From assembly GCA_004431415.1 (NCBI GenBank), contig QPMI01000638.1:1-64000 (forward strand): a stretch of DNA of 64,000 nucleotides, in the 5' to 3' direction. Both the position numbers and the translations under genes were made by a program. The notes beneath the pieces are model-generated. The model was not told where the DNA came from. It saw nothing but the letters and a program-made list of their open reading frames with translations, and did not search any database. Origin of the DNA: Cyanophora paradoxa CCMP329. Lineage: Eukaryota > Plantae > Glaucophyta. Shown one piece after another: positions 20,928 to 30,024 of this stretch (the first letter of the stretch is position 1; every line of letters starts with the position of its first letter).

Positions 20928-21662
20928 TTAAAGCCATACTCGTCGTTTATATACTGTGGGGGCAACACCTTTATCAACCTCTGCTTTGGTAGCACCAGGT
21001 TCAATGGTGCCCTTCTGGGTTTTGGTCTTCATCTCATCAACTGCCTGCTCATCAATTTGAGTCTCTTTCTTACCAATGAATTGCTTATCTGGGAGACCAG
21101 CGATTCCCATTCTATACACCTCCTTTCGCAGCATCTCCTTTAATTTCGCTCTCTCTTTCTTCTCAGAGACATACTGTTCGAGAGCACTCGATTTCGCTTC
21201 CAGATCTTTAAGTTTCGCAGTCATTTCGTCCCATTGGGCTTTGGGAATTCGATGAATATTCTGTGTAGGTGCGACCTTGTAGGTGACCTCACCAGCCATG
21301 GATTGAATTACCTTGTCTGATTCTTTGGAGACACCTTCACCTTTGCGAGCAAGTGAGAGATCTTGCAGACCCAGTCCTTTGTCATCAGCAGCACCAATAA
21401 TTCGACGAGCACCTTCACCAACTGCTTTCATCTTAGAGGTTTCGGGCGAAATATTCAACTGGTCACTTGTGGATGTCTGGGGCGCTTTATCATCTGGTGA
21501 TTCTTCGTAAGCAGCATTGAGGGGATCTTCCTGTTGCTGTGATGCTTTCACTTCATTGACACCATTGAATTTCAGGGGCTCTGTGTTAATAGAACCGGTT
21601 CCAGAGGATGCAGAATATGACATAGCACCAGCAGGAACACCAACTTTGCGTTTGGAAGGCAT
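20928..21662 (-). CDS. Hypothetical Lys/Glu-rich protein, possible virion core protein
   Basis: Intact 244-aa ORF directly downstream of the packaging ATPase; function is a guess. Confidence 0.6.
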   Translation of the reverse strand: MPSKRKVGVPAGAMSYSASSGTGSINTEPLKFNGVNEVKASQQQEDPLNAAYEESPDDKAPQTSTSDQLNISPETSKMKAVGEGARRIIGAADDKGLGLQDLSLARKGEGVSKESDKVIQSMAGEVTYKVAPTQNIHRIPKAQWDEMTAKLKDLEAKSSALEQYVSEKKERAKLKEMLRKEVYRMGIAGLPDKQFIGKKETQIDEQAVDEMKTKTQKGTIEPGATKAEVDKGVAPTVYKRRVWL

Positions 21663-21690
21663 TGTATATTTATTAGAAGCAGAGATTATT

Positions 21691-22473
21691 TTATAAACCT
21701 CTCTTATATCGCATCAGTTTATTCGAATGAACACCACTCTTGACCTCTTTGGGGGCTTCCTCTTTCTGTGGAGGTGGTAGTTCGTCCTCTTTCTTTTTGG
21801 GCTTCCTGTGGAACCGAGGAAATGCGAAATCTTTCACCAGATCCGCTTTATCAACATAATAGTTCACCGAATAATTTGCAGAAGACCACACAATATATTG
21901 GTAGGAGTGCACATACTCCTCAAACATCTTATAGAAATCGTCTTTGTTTCGCATGATATTATATTCCTCTTCAATTGCTTCGAGCTCTTTGCGATTAGCA
22001 GCACTCAGGAACACAGCATAATCCGAATTTACTCGAATTGTTGAAGAAACCTTCCTTAGCTTCTGCGTGATGCAGATAATCGAGATTTTCGAGTGGCGAC
22101 CTCTGGAATAGAGAGATCCCACGATTTTGTCTCGGGTCAAATCAATAATTTCGTTGTCTATGAGATCATCTAAGACCACACAGAGGTGATTGACAGGTTC
22201 CCCTTTTTCGATTTTCTCCTGCCTTTCATCCAGTAGTTTGGAAATGTAAGCAGCATCCCATTTCCCGAGTTGCAATGTTGCTACTGCATCCCAGAAATGA
22301 TTGAAGGACGTCCCACTCACTACAAGAACAGTATCAATCTTTTTCGCATCATGCAGCTGTTTCAACCAATATTTCACACATTCTGACTTACCTGTTGCAG
22401 ACTTTCCTATGAAAAGAGCACGAAATGGTGGGGTTATCATTTCACCAGCCACAAATTCTTCCAAGTCACCCAT
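21691..22473 (-). CDS. A32/FtsK-HerA-like DNA packaging ATPase
   Basis: Walker A GKSATGKS, Walker B CVVLDD, SRGRHSKISIICITQ and IRVNSDY. Likely start is MGDLEEF at 22473. Confidence 0.92.
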   Translation of the reverse strand: MGDLEEFVAGEMITPPFRALFIGKSATGKSECVKYWLKQLHDAKKIDTVLVVSGTSFNHFWDAVATLQLGKWDAAYISKLLDERQEKIEKGEPVNHLCVVLDDLIDNEIIDLTRDKIVGSLYSRGRHSKISIICITQKLRKVSSTIRVNSDYAVFLSAANRKELEAIEEEYNIMRNKDDFYKMFEEYVHSYQYIVWSSANYSVNYYVDKADLVKDFAFPRFHRKPKKKEDELPPPQKEEAPKEVKSGVHSNKLMRYKRGL

Positions 22474-22480
22474 AGTTTCA

Positions 22481-23218
22481 CTATAAAGACGAAAGAAATG
22501 TTTTAACAAAGCGTTTAATATCGGTTTCAGTGTAAGGCACACGAAGAAGTTTAATATTGTTTGCCTCACAGTATCGGTTCTTTATTCCATCACGAACTAA
22601 TATTTTTTCGAACTCTTCCTGTCCTCCAAATTGATCCACGGGCTCAAAGTGCTGTCTACCATCAAATTCAATGGCGATTCGTAAGGAAGAAATGTAGAAA
22701 TCAAAGCGAAGAGGATGCCGTAACCGACAGTCTGGAAACGAATATTGACGCTCGAAATCTAAATCCAGCTCTTTAAGAATATTTGAAATGCACTCTTCAC
22801 CTTTCGAACATTGACATCTTGGACACCCAGAAGCTCTTGCATGAGTCATTGCTTTCTGTTCAAAGTCATTCATGCAAGTGTTACATTTGATGGTCACTTT
22901 GTTCTTCATTCCTTTATAGACTGTATTTGTGTAGTCATATCTATCTCCATGAATCTTTTTGCACAAATTTACAAACTCTTCTTGTGTCCATTTGCAGTTA
23001 TTTGCAGCTTTAAGTTTTCCATGTGTAGGACAGCCACTTTTCTGAATGATGTGATTGAATGGTGCTTGTTCAAAGAATGTTTGACATTGTTTACAGTAGA
23101 TCTTGACCTTTGTTTTCGTATTTTTGAAGATTGCTTCCTTATAATCATACAAGTCACCATGAATTAATTTTGCCTTCTCAACAAACAGCTCTTGTGTATA
23201 GTGAGTTCTCTTAGCCAT
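22481..23218 (-). CDS. Homing-endonuclease-like protein: two DUF723-like repeats plus a Vsr/PD-(D/E)XK-like nuclease
   Basis: SKGE..I...L, LRFDFYI...IAIEFDGRQHF and RDGIKNRYC..NNIKLLRVPY. Confidence 0.85.
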   Translation of the reverse strand: MAKRTHYTQELFVEKAKLIHGDLYDYKEAIFKNTKTKVKIYCKQCQTFFEQAPFNHIIQKSGCPTHGKLKAANNCKWTQEEFVNLCKKIHGDRYDYTNTVYKGMKNKVTIKCNTCMNDFEQKAMTHARASGCPRCQCSKGEECISNILKELDLDFERQYSFPDCRLRHPLRFDFYISSLRIAIEFDGRQHFEPVDQFGGQEEFEKILVRDGIKNRYCEANNIKLLRVPYTETDIKRFVKTFLSSL

Positions 23219-23352
23219 GTCACAATATCTGAGGATCTTCTAAAATATCATGTCATTTTTTTCTTAAATGCATTCTTCTAAATCGTTCATGGCTTTGTAG
23301 ATCTTTCTTATTAAAGATAGATAAAAATAACGAAACGTTACTGATCATGGTT

Positions 23353-24726
23353 TTACAGATTAATTCGTCGGAGCCCATCTTTGTCAACGATAATGAAACT
23401 GTGCATGAGAGCACGAACATTAACTGTGATTGTCTGGTCAGAAGGCATGTATAGAGTGAGGAAAGAGGAGGAGGAGTTCGTGAGATCAACATAGCCAGAC
23501 TGGGCAATGTTGCGAATCGCTTTCTCTCCATCAACACAGAATGGTAGACCACTGAGGACATATTTGTCTGCAACCTTGTCCATATTCGAGCACTTGAAGG
23601 CATCCGCAATTAATTCGGCACCTTTGAGGAGAGGGATGGGCTCAGTAGCATAGAGACGTTGACCATTAATTTCAACAGTGAAAGTAATGTCTTTTGAGTT
23701 AGCATGCGTTTTTAGGACACTGTGGGAACCATTGAAACCATCAATACCTGCGGCATCACGAACTGAAACAAGAAGACCATAGACAAGACCAGAGATCTGT
23801 GACAGGTTAATACGATTTGGTTGAGCATTGCCTTTTGCAGCAAAATTGACACTGTCAACAAAACCAATATCCAGAGCAGGAATAGCCATACCAGTGGTCT
23901 TCACCTTCTCAATGACAGTAGCAAACAGTTCATCAGAAACATTAATAGCATGCATGTAAAGACGAGGAGAAGTGACTTTAATTTCGGGGGTTGTTGTTGC
24001 ACCAATTCCAAAAGTGGTGATCTGTTGACCAACATGGGCAAGAGTAGCATTAGCAGTAGCACCAAGTCCATCATCCTCTGTCTTATCAGCAGCTGTTCCA
24101 CCAACAACTGGAAGAGCACGACCACCATAAGAAGTCTCAACATAACCCTTTCCAGCATCCTTGAACCAGACAGTTACCACCATTTCTCCTGAGAGAGCAC
24201 CAAGAGGTAGGTAGTGGTTTAGCCATGGGACTGGGATTTCAGTGAAAAATGACCCACCAAGTCGGTTGGTTCCATGGGCAGGGATACCATGAACCATTCC
24301 CATTGAACGCTTCTTCTTGGCGAGTTGATCCTCACTGTAATAGATAAGAGGGAAATGAGCAAGGAAATCAGAAGGCACATGGAAGGTGTAAGATCCATAG
24401 GTGATTTCAAGTCGAGAGACAAGAGCACCAACTGGGCGAACGTATCCATTGCGAACAAGGTCGGTATCACCAGCAAAAGTGACAGCTGGAAGGTCAAACG
24501 CAAGTTCGAGTTTTCCACAGAAATTGTAGCGAGGGAGCTTGAAACTAATGCGATTTCCAGCATTATTCTCGAAAGTGTTGCTTGGGTTCACAACAACAAG
24601 AACTGGCTTCGACTTGGATTCAAGACCAAGCATGAGAGAGTTGTCCAAGAAGAACGCCTTGGCTTCTTCTGGGGTTGTTAGAGCTTCTTTCAGAGAAAGA
24701 CGTTGGAGGGTCGAAGTAATATCCAT
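23353..24726 (-). CDS. Major capsid protein (double jelly-roll, putative)
   Basis: ~457 aa, beta-rich, between the penton and ATPase genes. ISFKLPRYNFCGKLELAFDLP resembles the N-terminal strands of NCLDV-type MCPs. Confidence 0.75.
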   Translation of the reverse strand: MDITSTLQRLSLKEALTTPEEAKAFFLDNSLMLGLESKSKPVLVVVNPSNTFENNAGNRISFKLPRYNFCGKLELAFDLPAVTFAGDTDLVRNGYVRPVGALVSRLEITYGSYTFHVPSDFLAHFPLIYYSEDQLAKKKRSMGMVHGIPAHGTNRLGGSFFTEIPVPWLNHYLPLGALSGEMVVTVWFKDAGKGYVETSYGGRALPVVGGTAADKTEDDGLGATANATLAHVGQQITTFGIGATTTPEIKVTSPRLYMHAINVSDELFATVIEKVKTTGMAIPALDIGFVDSVNFAAKGNAQPNRINLSQISGLVYGLLVSVRDAAGIDGFNGSHSVLKTHANSKDITFTVEINGQRLYATEPIPLLKGAELIADAFKCSNMDKVADKYVLSGLPFCVDGEKAIRNIAQSGYVDLTNSSSSFLTLYMPSDQTITVNVRALMHSFIIVDKDGLRRINL

Positions 24727-24780
24727 GATTATCTCTTTTATTATACTGCAACATAAAAAATTCACCAATGATCCTTGATT

Positions 24781-25791
24781 TTACGCAAAATTCGCAATAA
24801 CCGGATATGATGGATGTGTTTCCGCCATTCTCCTCTTGAAATATTCATACACAGGATCACCAGCAGGTTCATCACCATATCGAATTTCGAAGGTGAGGTG
24901 GACAGGTTGACCCTCGAAATCAATTGGTTCATTAACTGCATTCACAATATCAACCGAAAATGTGGAAAGTCCCAGATTCTTGTTATAGTATTTATAAATC
25001 GGATGGGCTTCTGTCGAATTATAAACGACATGCTCACCATAATCTTTATCTGGAACAACGATTTTGTGGAAATATCCAGTGAGGAGACCATCACCACATT
25101 GAACCAGATCACCCAACTCCTTTACTCTCACAAACAGAACACTATCCCTGGTCTTTTCAGGTTCAAATGAAGATATGATACCATGCACCATCGACCCAGT
25201 AAAGATACCATCAGTCAGAGTATTATAAACTTGTGATTGGATTGGGGTGTTACCATATCTCCCAGGATCAAGACCAAGCAGTCGAGCAGAACTCAAAAAC
25301 CTCTGAATCTGCGCCTGGTTTGGGTTAATTGCGGTTGAGAAAGCCAGGTAAAACGGTATGGTTGAATGGAATATAACTCGTTTCAGTGTATCATCCCATT
25401 TACAGCGAATTGCTACTGGTGGCTCTCTCAATGCAAGTTTGGAGTTAATTACATTCACCAGTTGTTGGTGGTTTTGAATGGGTGTGCTGCGACTTATCAC
25501 AATGTGTTTCCATTGCTCATAATCGGCAGCAGGTCGATCAGTTGGAATACCAGTGCTTCCTGCACCAGAATAATATTCAGACCAATAAAGGTAGATTGCA
25601 TTATCTATTGTCACATCTCCTGGTTTGGTTTCACCACTCACCATGGGAATGCTGTTATAGAATTCTGCTGAAACCAGTCTTACTGCTCTCACAAATTCAT
25701 AGGTGCTGGGGAGGCGAGCAATAAAACTCGAAGTAGGTCCATCTCCCGAAATTGTATTGAAAGAGCTCACTTCGATGTAATCCACAGGCAT
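24781..25791 (-). CDS. Minor capsid (penton-like) protein A
   Basis: VRLVSAEFYNS, LFVRVKEL and FSVDIVNAVNEPIDFEGQPVHLTFEI. Confidence 0.75.
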   Translation of the reverse strand: MPVDYIEVSSFNTISGDGPTSSFIARLPSTYEFVRAVRLVSAEFYNSIPMVSGETKPGDVTIDNAIYLYWSEYYSGAGSTGIPTDRPAADYEQWKHIVISRSTPIQNHQQLVNVINSKLALREPPVAIRCKWDDTLKRVIFHSTIPFYLAFSTAINPNQAQIQRFLSSARLLGLDPGRYGNTPIQSQVYNTLTDGIFTGSMVHGIISSFEPEKTRDSVLFVRVKELGDLVQCGDGLLTGYFHKIVVPDKDYGEHVVYNSTEAHPIYKYYNKNLGLSTFSVDIVNAVNEPIDFEGQPVHLTFEIRYGDEPAGDPVYEYFKRRMAETHPSYPVIANFA

Positions 25792-25819
25792 CTTCTTTTA
25801 TCTATAAACATATATTAAA

Positions 25820-26752
25820 ATGATTCGGCTGGTCAATATAGATAGCAGAGACCGATCAGATGGACAAATAGAAAACTCCTACAAAGTTTCACTCACAACC
25901 CCAGTGACCAAACCAAGAGAATGTCGAGTTTTGTATGCAGAGATCCCCAACAGCATCTATAATTCCATTGGAACAGACCACCTTCTTGTCAGATTCTTCT
26001 ACCAAGGCATCTCTGAAACCAAACAGGTCTTCCTTCTCCCAAGTGGTTATATTAATCAAGGGCATTTCGGGGTCACCAGTCCATATAATTATGGTCTGAA
26101 TTTCACCTTTACTGGAAGCAACAATCTCACATATGCATTCAAGGTCTACTACAACCCTACTTCCTACAAATTGGAGTTTTACAGTAATGTTCAATTCGAG
26201 ATGGTAGCATCTACACAGAGATTGGGTAAACTTCTTGGGGTTAGTTCTGTGGAGTGGGTCGCTTCAATTGAGCAAACCTACGATTTCCCAGAGTCTGCAA
26301 GGTCTTTATATGCCCCCGAGAATTTCCTCTATTTTGCAGGAATCCCAATCACCCCAAACCATCCCCAATGGGGAATCACATTCACAGGATATGAATTCGA
26401 GGCATCTCGCTTAAACTACAAGTTAGAAGCATCCAAGATGACAGACATGAATGCAGAACAGTATTTATACATGCACATTAAAGAACTCTCCCCATTTGCT
26501 ACAAACCACAATATTGTCCCAAGATCACAACCACAGAATCAAGGGGCGATTCTCAGATTGCAATTGAGTAAAGATATTGGACAGTATGTTTATCACAGTG
26601 GAGAGCACAGTGAATACATAAAAATAACCGATCGAAACCTTGTGATTAGAGAGTTAACAGTTGAGTTTCGAGATTATTATGGTGATCTTGTTGATATGAA
26701 TGGAATAGACAACTCATTCCAGTTGGAGTTCTTGGCTATTGGTAATGATTAA
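25820..26752 (+). CDS. Minor capsid (penton-like) protein B
   Basis: LVNIDSRDR, YAEIPNS, YLYMHIKEL and LTVEFRDYYGDLVDMNGIDNSFQLEF. Confidence 0.8.
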   Translation: MIRLVNIDSRDRSDGQIENSYKVSLTTPVTKPRECRVLYAEIPNSIYNSIGTDHLLVRFFYQGISETKQVFLLPSGYINQGHFGVTSPYNYGLNFTFTGSNNLTYAFKVYYNPTSYKLEFYSNVQFEMVASTQRLGKLLGVSSVEWVASIEQTYDFPESARSLYAPENFLYFAGIPITPNHPQWGITFTGYEFEASRLNYKLEASKMTDMNAEQYLYMHIKELSPFATNHNIVPRSQPQNQGAILRLQLSKDIGQYVYHSGEHSEYIKITDRNLVIRELTVEFRDYYGDLVDMNGIDNSFQLEFLAIGND

Positions 26753-27002
26753 ACCGATCCTGATAGAAAAACTCCCCATCTGTCTCGAAAATATTAAGAA
26801 GGGGACTCTTAGCATCCTCTGTATACCATCGGCGAATTGTCTTATCCCATTTAGCACCATTCTTTTTCAAGAATCTACAAAGAGTTGATCTCCTTGTAAT
26901 TCGCAATCCCATCTCTTGAAAGATCTCATAATGATCTTGCATTCTATTCACAATCAAGATGTAAGTCCCATGGAAATTGTGATATTGCTGGTTAATCGGC
27001 AT
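26736..27002 (-). CDS. Small protein with DUF5710-like motif
   Basis: KKNGAKWDKTIRRWY; AAAATTGA at 27035-27042 supports the ATG at 27002. Confidence 0.55.
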   Translation of the reverse strand: MPINQQYHNFHGTYILIVNRMQDHYEIFQEMGLRITRRSTLCRFLKKNGAKWDKTIRRWYTEDAKSPLLNIFETDGEFFYQDRFNHYQ

Positions 27003-27049
27003 GTTTCCTTTACAGCATGATGGGAAATCGTTTGTCAATTTTTGGCGAA

Positions 27050-28432
27050 ACGAGAGTATCTCATGAGATAGATGAGAGAATAACAGGTGTGTTTTCAGGG
27101 TTGGAGAAATCGGAGAAACATAGAGTATTGCGATTTCCGAGTTAGTTGACACTGAGAAATTCAGATACTGAAAATGAAAATGGTCTTACTCTTAATGGTC
27201 AGATAATCGGGTGTGACACCTATTTAATTGACTGTGACGCCTCTTTAATTGACTGTGACGCCTGTGACGCCTGTGACGCCTACTTTCAAACTTTTTAAAA
27301 TTTCAAAAATCTACATACTTCTGAAAACAGCCGTCACAGCCGTCACAGGCGTCACACCCAATTAAAAATGGAATCTCTTTCTCTTACTGAGATTTTCGAG
27401 AATATATTCTTGTCTTACTGAAATCCGTCTTGTGACACCTCTGACACCTCCAAAACACTATCCATTAATCAACCTTTTTGAAAATGCGAAGTTGTCTTAC
27501 TGGAAATGGTCTGCAATTTCGCTGTGACACCTAATTTAATTGTGTGTGACGCCTGTGACGCCTGTGACGCCTATTTTCAAACTTTTTAAAATTTTCAAAA
27601 ATGACAGACTTCTGAAAACAGGCGTCACAGCCGTCACAGGCGTCACAGACATTCTACCCTCTTACTGCTTGTCTCAAAAACAAAAATATCTCTTACTGAA
27701 TATCATTTGAATACTACCTGTCACACTTGATCTCAATTATTCTGTTTTATAGAACATATGCAATCTAATCGATTGTTCAATTGGAGACCATGCACCTCTG
27801 TGACACTTTTCGATCTAAAATATACATCCGCAATCTCATCGATTGTTTAATTGGAGACCATGCAACTATGTGTCACTTTTTGGGTGCAAAAGTGCCCATC
27901 CCCATTATAATCGATTGTTTAATTGGAGATAATGCAACTCTGTGACAGTTTTTGGGTGCAAAAATGCAAATCAGCAATCTCATCGATTGTTCAATTGGAC
28001 ACAATGCAACTCTGTGACACTTTTTGCGTTTTTCGATACAGAATGGGCGGTGGTCTACTTCAATACAAGAGAGATATATCGAGTTTATGCGAATTTATGC
28101 AATTTAATCGCGATTATATCGATCTTTAAGTAGTTTAATGCAAATTAATCGCAGTTTTATATGTAATCGACAAAGAACATAATCAATCGATATAAGATCA
28201 ATTGATGCAATCGTAAATATGCATAAAGTTAAACGCGTTTTTCATTTTTTAATACAAAGTTTGCATTAATTTATACAAAGTTTGCATAAAAAGTTAAAGA
28301 ATTTAATCGATAAATACGTATTTTAGTATTAATTTTGACACATATGTATAAACTTATTTAAATCCTGAGTGAATCGAGATCGCGAAGCGATCGAGATGAA
28401 CGAGGGATTTAAATAAGTTTATACATATGTGT
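27050..28432 (-). repeat. Right terminal inverted repeat
   Basis: Reverse complement of 444-1817. Confidence 0.95.
28338..28432 (+). other. Right terminal fold-back hairpin (3' end of the plus strand)
   Basis: Perfect 28-bp stem (28338-28365 with 28405-28432) enclosing a symmetric 39-nt GA-rich arm. Confidence 0.92.
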
Positions 28433-28438
28433 ACCGTC
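28433..28438 (+). repeat. Right target-site duplication ACCGTC
   Basis: Matches 438-443. Confidence 0.95.
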
Positions 28439-29212
28439 CGCGGTGCTTGCAATAGAATCTTGGAGAGAATTCAAGGCGGTGATGCCACTTTTAGCGCGCA
28501 GCCTGGCAGCGTGAGGCCTAGGGCCGGGCCGGCTGCCGCGGCTCAGCGGCTGGCGGTCGCGGCCGCGCCACGGGATTCACGCCTTGCCAAGTTGGGCTGG
28601 AGCCGGATCGGAGCTCGAGCTTGGGCCTCGATCGATCACGAGTTCCGTCTCCAGGCTTTTGTTTTGCAGCCTTGCCATGCATATGGCAGTACTGGTTGTG
28701 TTCCTGAGCAGCTAGCCGTGCACGTGTAGCCTGCCAGGCTGCAGCGGCATGCACGCAGCTCATGATCAGCGGCCGGCATGTATATGCGCCGGACCGGATC
28801 TGGATCAGAGCTAGGCTCATGATCAGTGATCAGGGCCCAACTGAGTTCGGAGATTGCATGCGCAATTGCAATTGGGCGAGGCCTGCATGCGCAGCTGATC
28901 ATCTCGCACGGTGCGGTCGACGTCACCGGGTCACGAGCGCTAGCGCTGCGCGCTGGTCGGCGTGAAAAAGCCGCGAGCTCGGAGCTCGAGCTCGTGATCT
29001 CGTTCCGGATCCGCATGCACGCTAGCGCTGTGCGTGGGTCGAGAGTCTGCACTGTATAGCTAGCTATAGCTCAAGGCCAGTGTTCTGGCCAAGAGTCTGC
29101 ACTAGCTATAGAGTACATGTACAGAGGACATTCTTCACACGAAAAGCTCGCAGCGTAAAGCCAAGCTTATCGCGCAGAATGTCCACGATCCAAGTCATCG
29201 ATGTCGTCCGAT

Positions 29213-29466
29213 CAAGCACGCCCTCTCAAGAAGACAGGTTCACGACTAAGTCGAAGAACACTGCTTCGGGCGGCTAGCGATGCAACGGTGACTCGAGCAG
29301 TCTGCCTCGGTCCCGGTTCGCTTTCTCTCCTCTCCATCGTCGGCTGAACAAGCACGCCCTTTCAAGAAGACAGGTTCACGACTAAGTCGAAGAACACTGC
29401 TTCGGGCAGCTAGCGATGCAACGGTGACTCGAGCAGTCTGCCTCGGTCCCGGTTCGCTTTCTCTCC
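29213..29466 (+). repeat. Host direct repeat, 2 x ~118 bp, period 136
   Basis: CAAGCACGCCCT...TTTCTCTCC at 29213 and 29349. Confidence 0.85.
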
Positions 29467-29734
29467 GTCGCTCGGGGCCTAGGGCCGCCGAGGTGAGCAA
29501 GCTCACATCGCACGAAACCGGAGCGATCTGCCCCCGGATCGTGTTTGCGCTCTATTTGCGAGAGCAGCACGCCCCAGTCGTAACCGCGCTGAGCCAGAAC
29601 CTCAGCCCGCGGCCGTGGGCGCCAGGCTAAGCCACGCGGCTGCCCCACGTCTCCTCCGCTGAAAGATCTGCGTGCGAGCGGCTCGCCGGGCTCTATAGGT
29701 GGCCGGCGACCGCCCGCGCTTAGTGCCGCGCGGC

Positions 29735-30024
29735 GCGAGCGAGGTCCGCGGCCGACCCCAGCAGATCAAATCTGCCGACCCCAGCAGATCAAATCTCACG
29801 GGCGAGGCGCGGCGCGCACCCCGGGAGGCCGTGCGTGTGCGCAGCGACAGCACAGGCCATGATGAACTCGGGCGCGGAGCGAGCGAGGTCCGCGGCCGAC
29901 CCCAGCAGATCAAATCTGCCGACCCCAGCAGATCAAATCTCACGGGCGAGGCGCGGCGCGCACCCCGGGAGGCCGTGCGCGTGCGCAGCGACAGCACAGG
30001 CCATGATGAACTCGGGCGCGGAGC
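29735..30024 (+). repeat. Host tandem duplication, 2 x 144 bp
   Basis: Units start at 29735 and 29879, each with an internal GCCGACCCCAGCAGATCAAATCT doublet. Confidence 0.85.

Larger units (their letters stand above)
444..28432. mobile_element. Complete integrated Polinton-like virus / Maverick-type endogenous dsDNA virus (~28.0 kb)
   Basis: Sharp switch to AT-rich, intronless, gene-dense sequence. Long TIRs run ACACATATG...CATATGTGT, flanked by a 6-bp TSD. Encodes PolB, rve integrase, SF3 helicase, packaging ATPase and capsid-like genes. Confidence 0.96.

Noticed and set aside
444-28432. Contaminating phage/bacterial contig or canonical Lavidaviridae virophage
   Set aside because: The TSD and TIRs show true integration. 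The gene set is Polinton/PLV-like, and I could not recognise a virophage-type MCP or cysteine protease.
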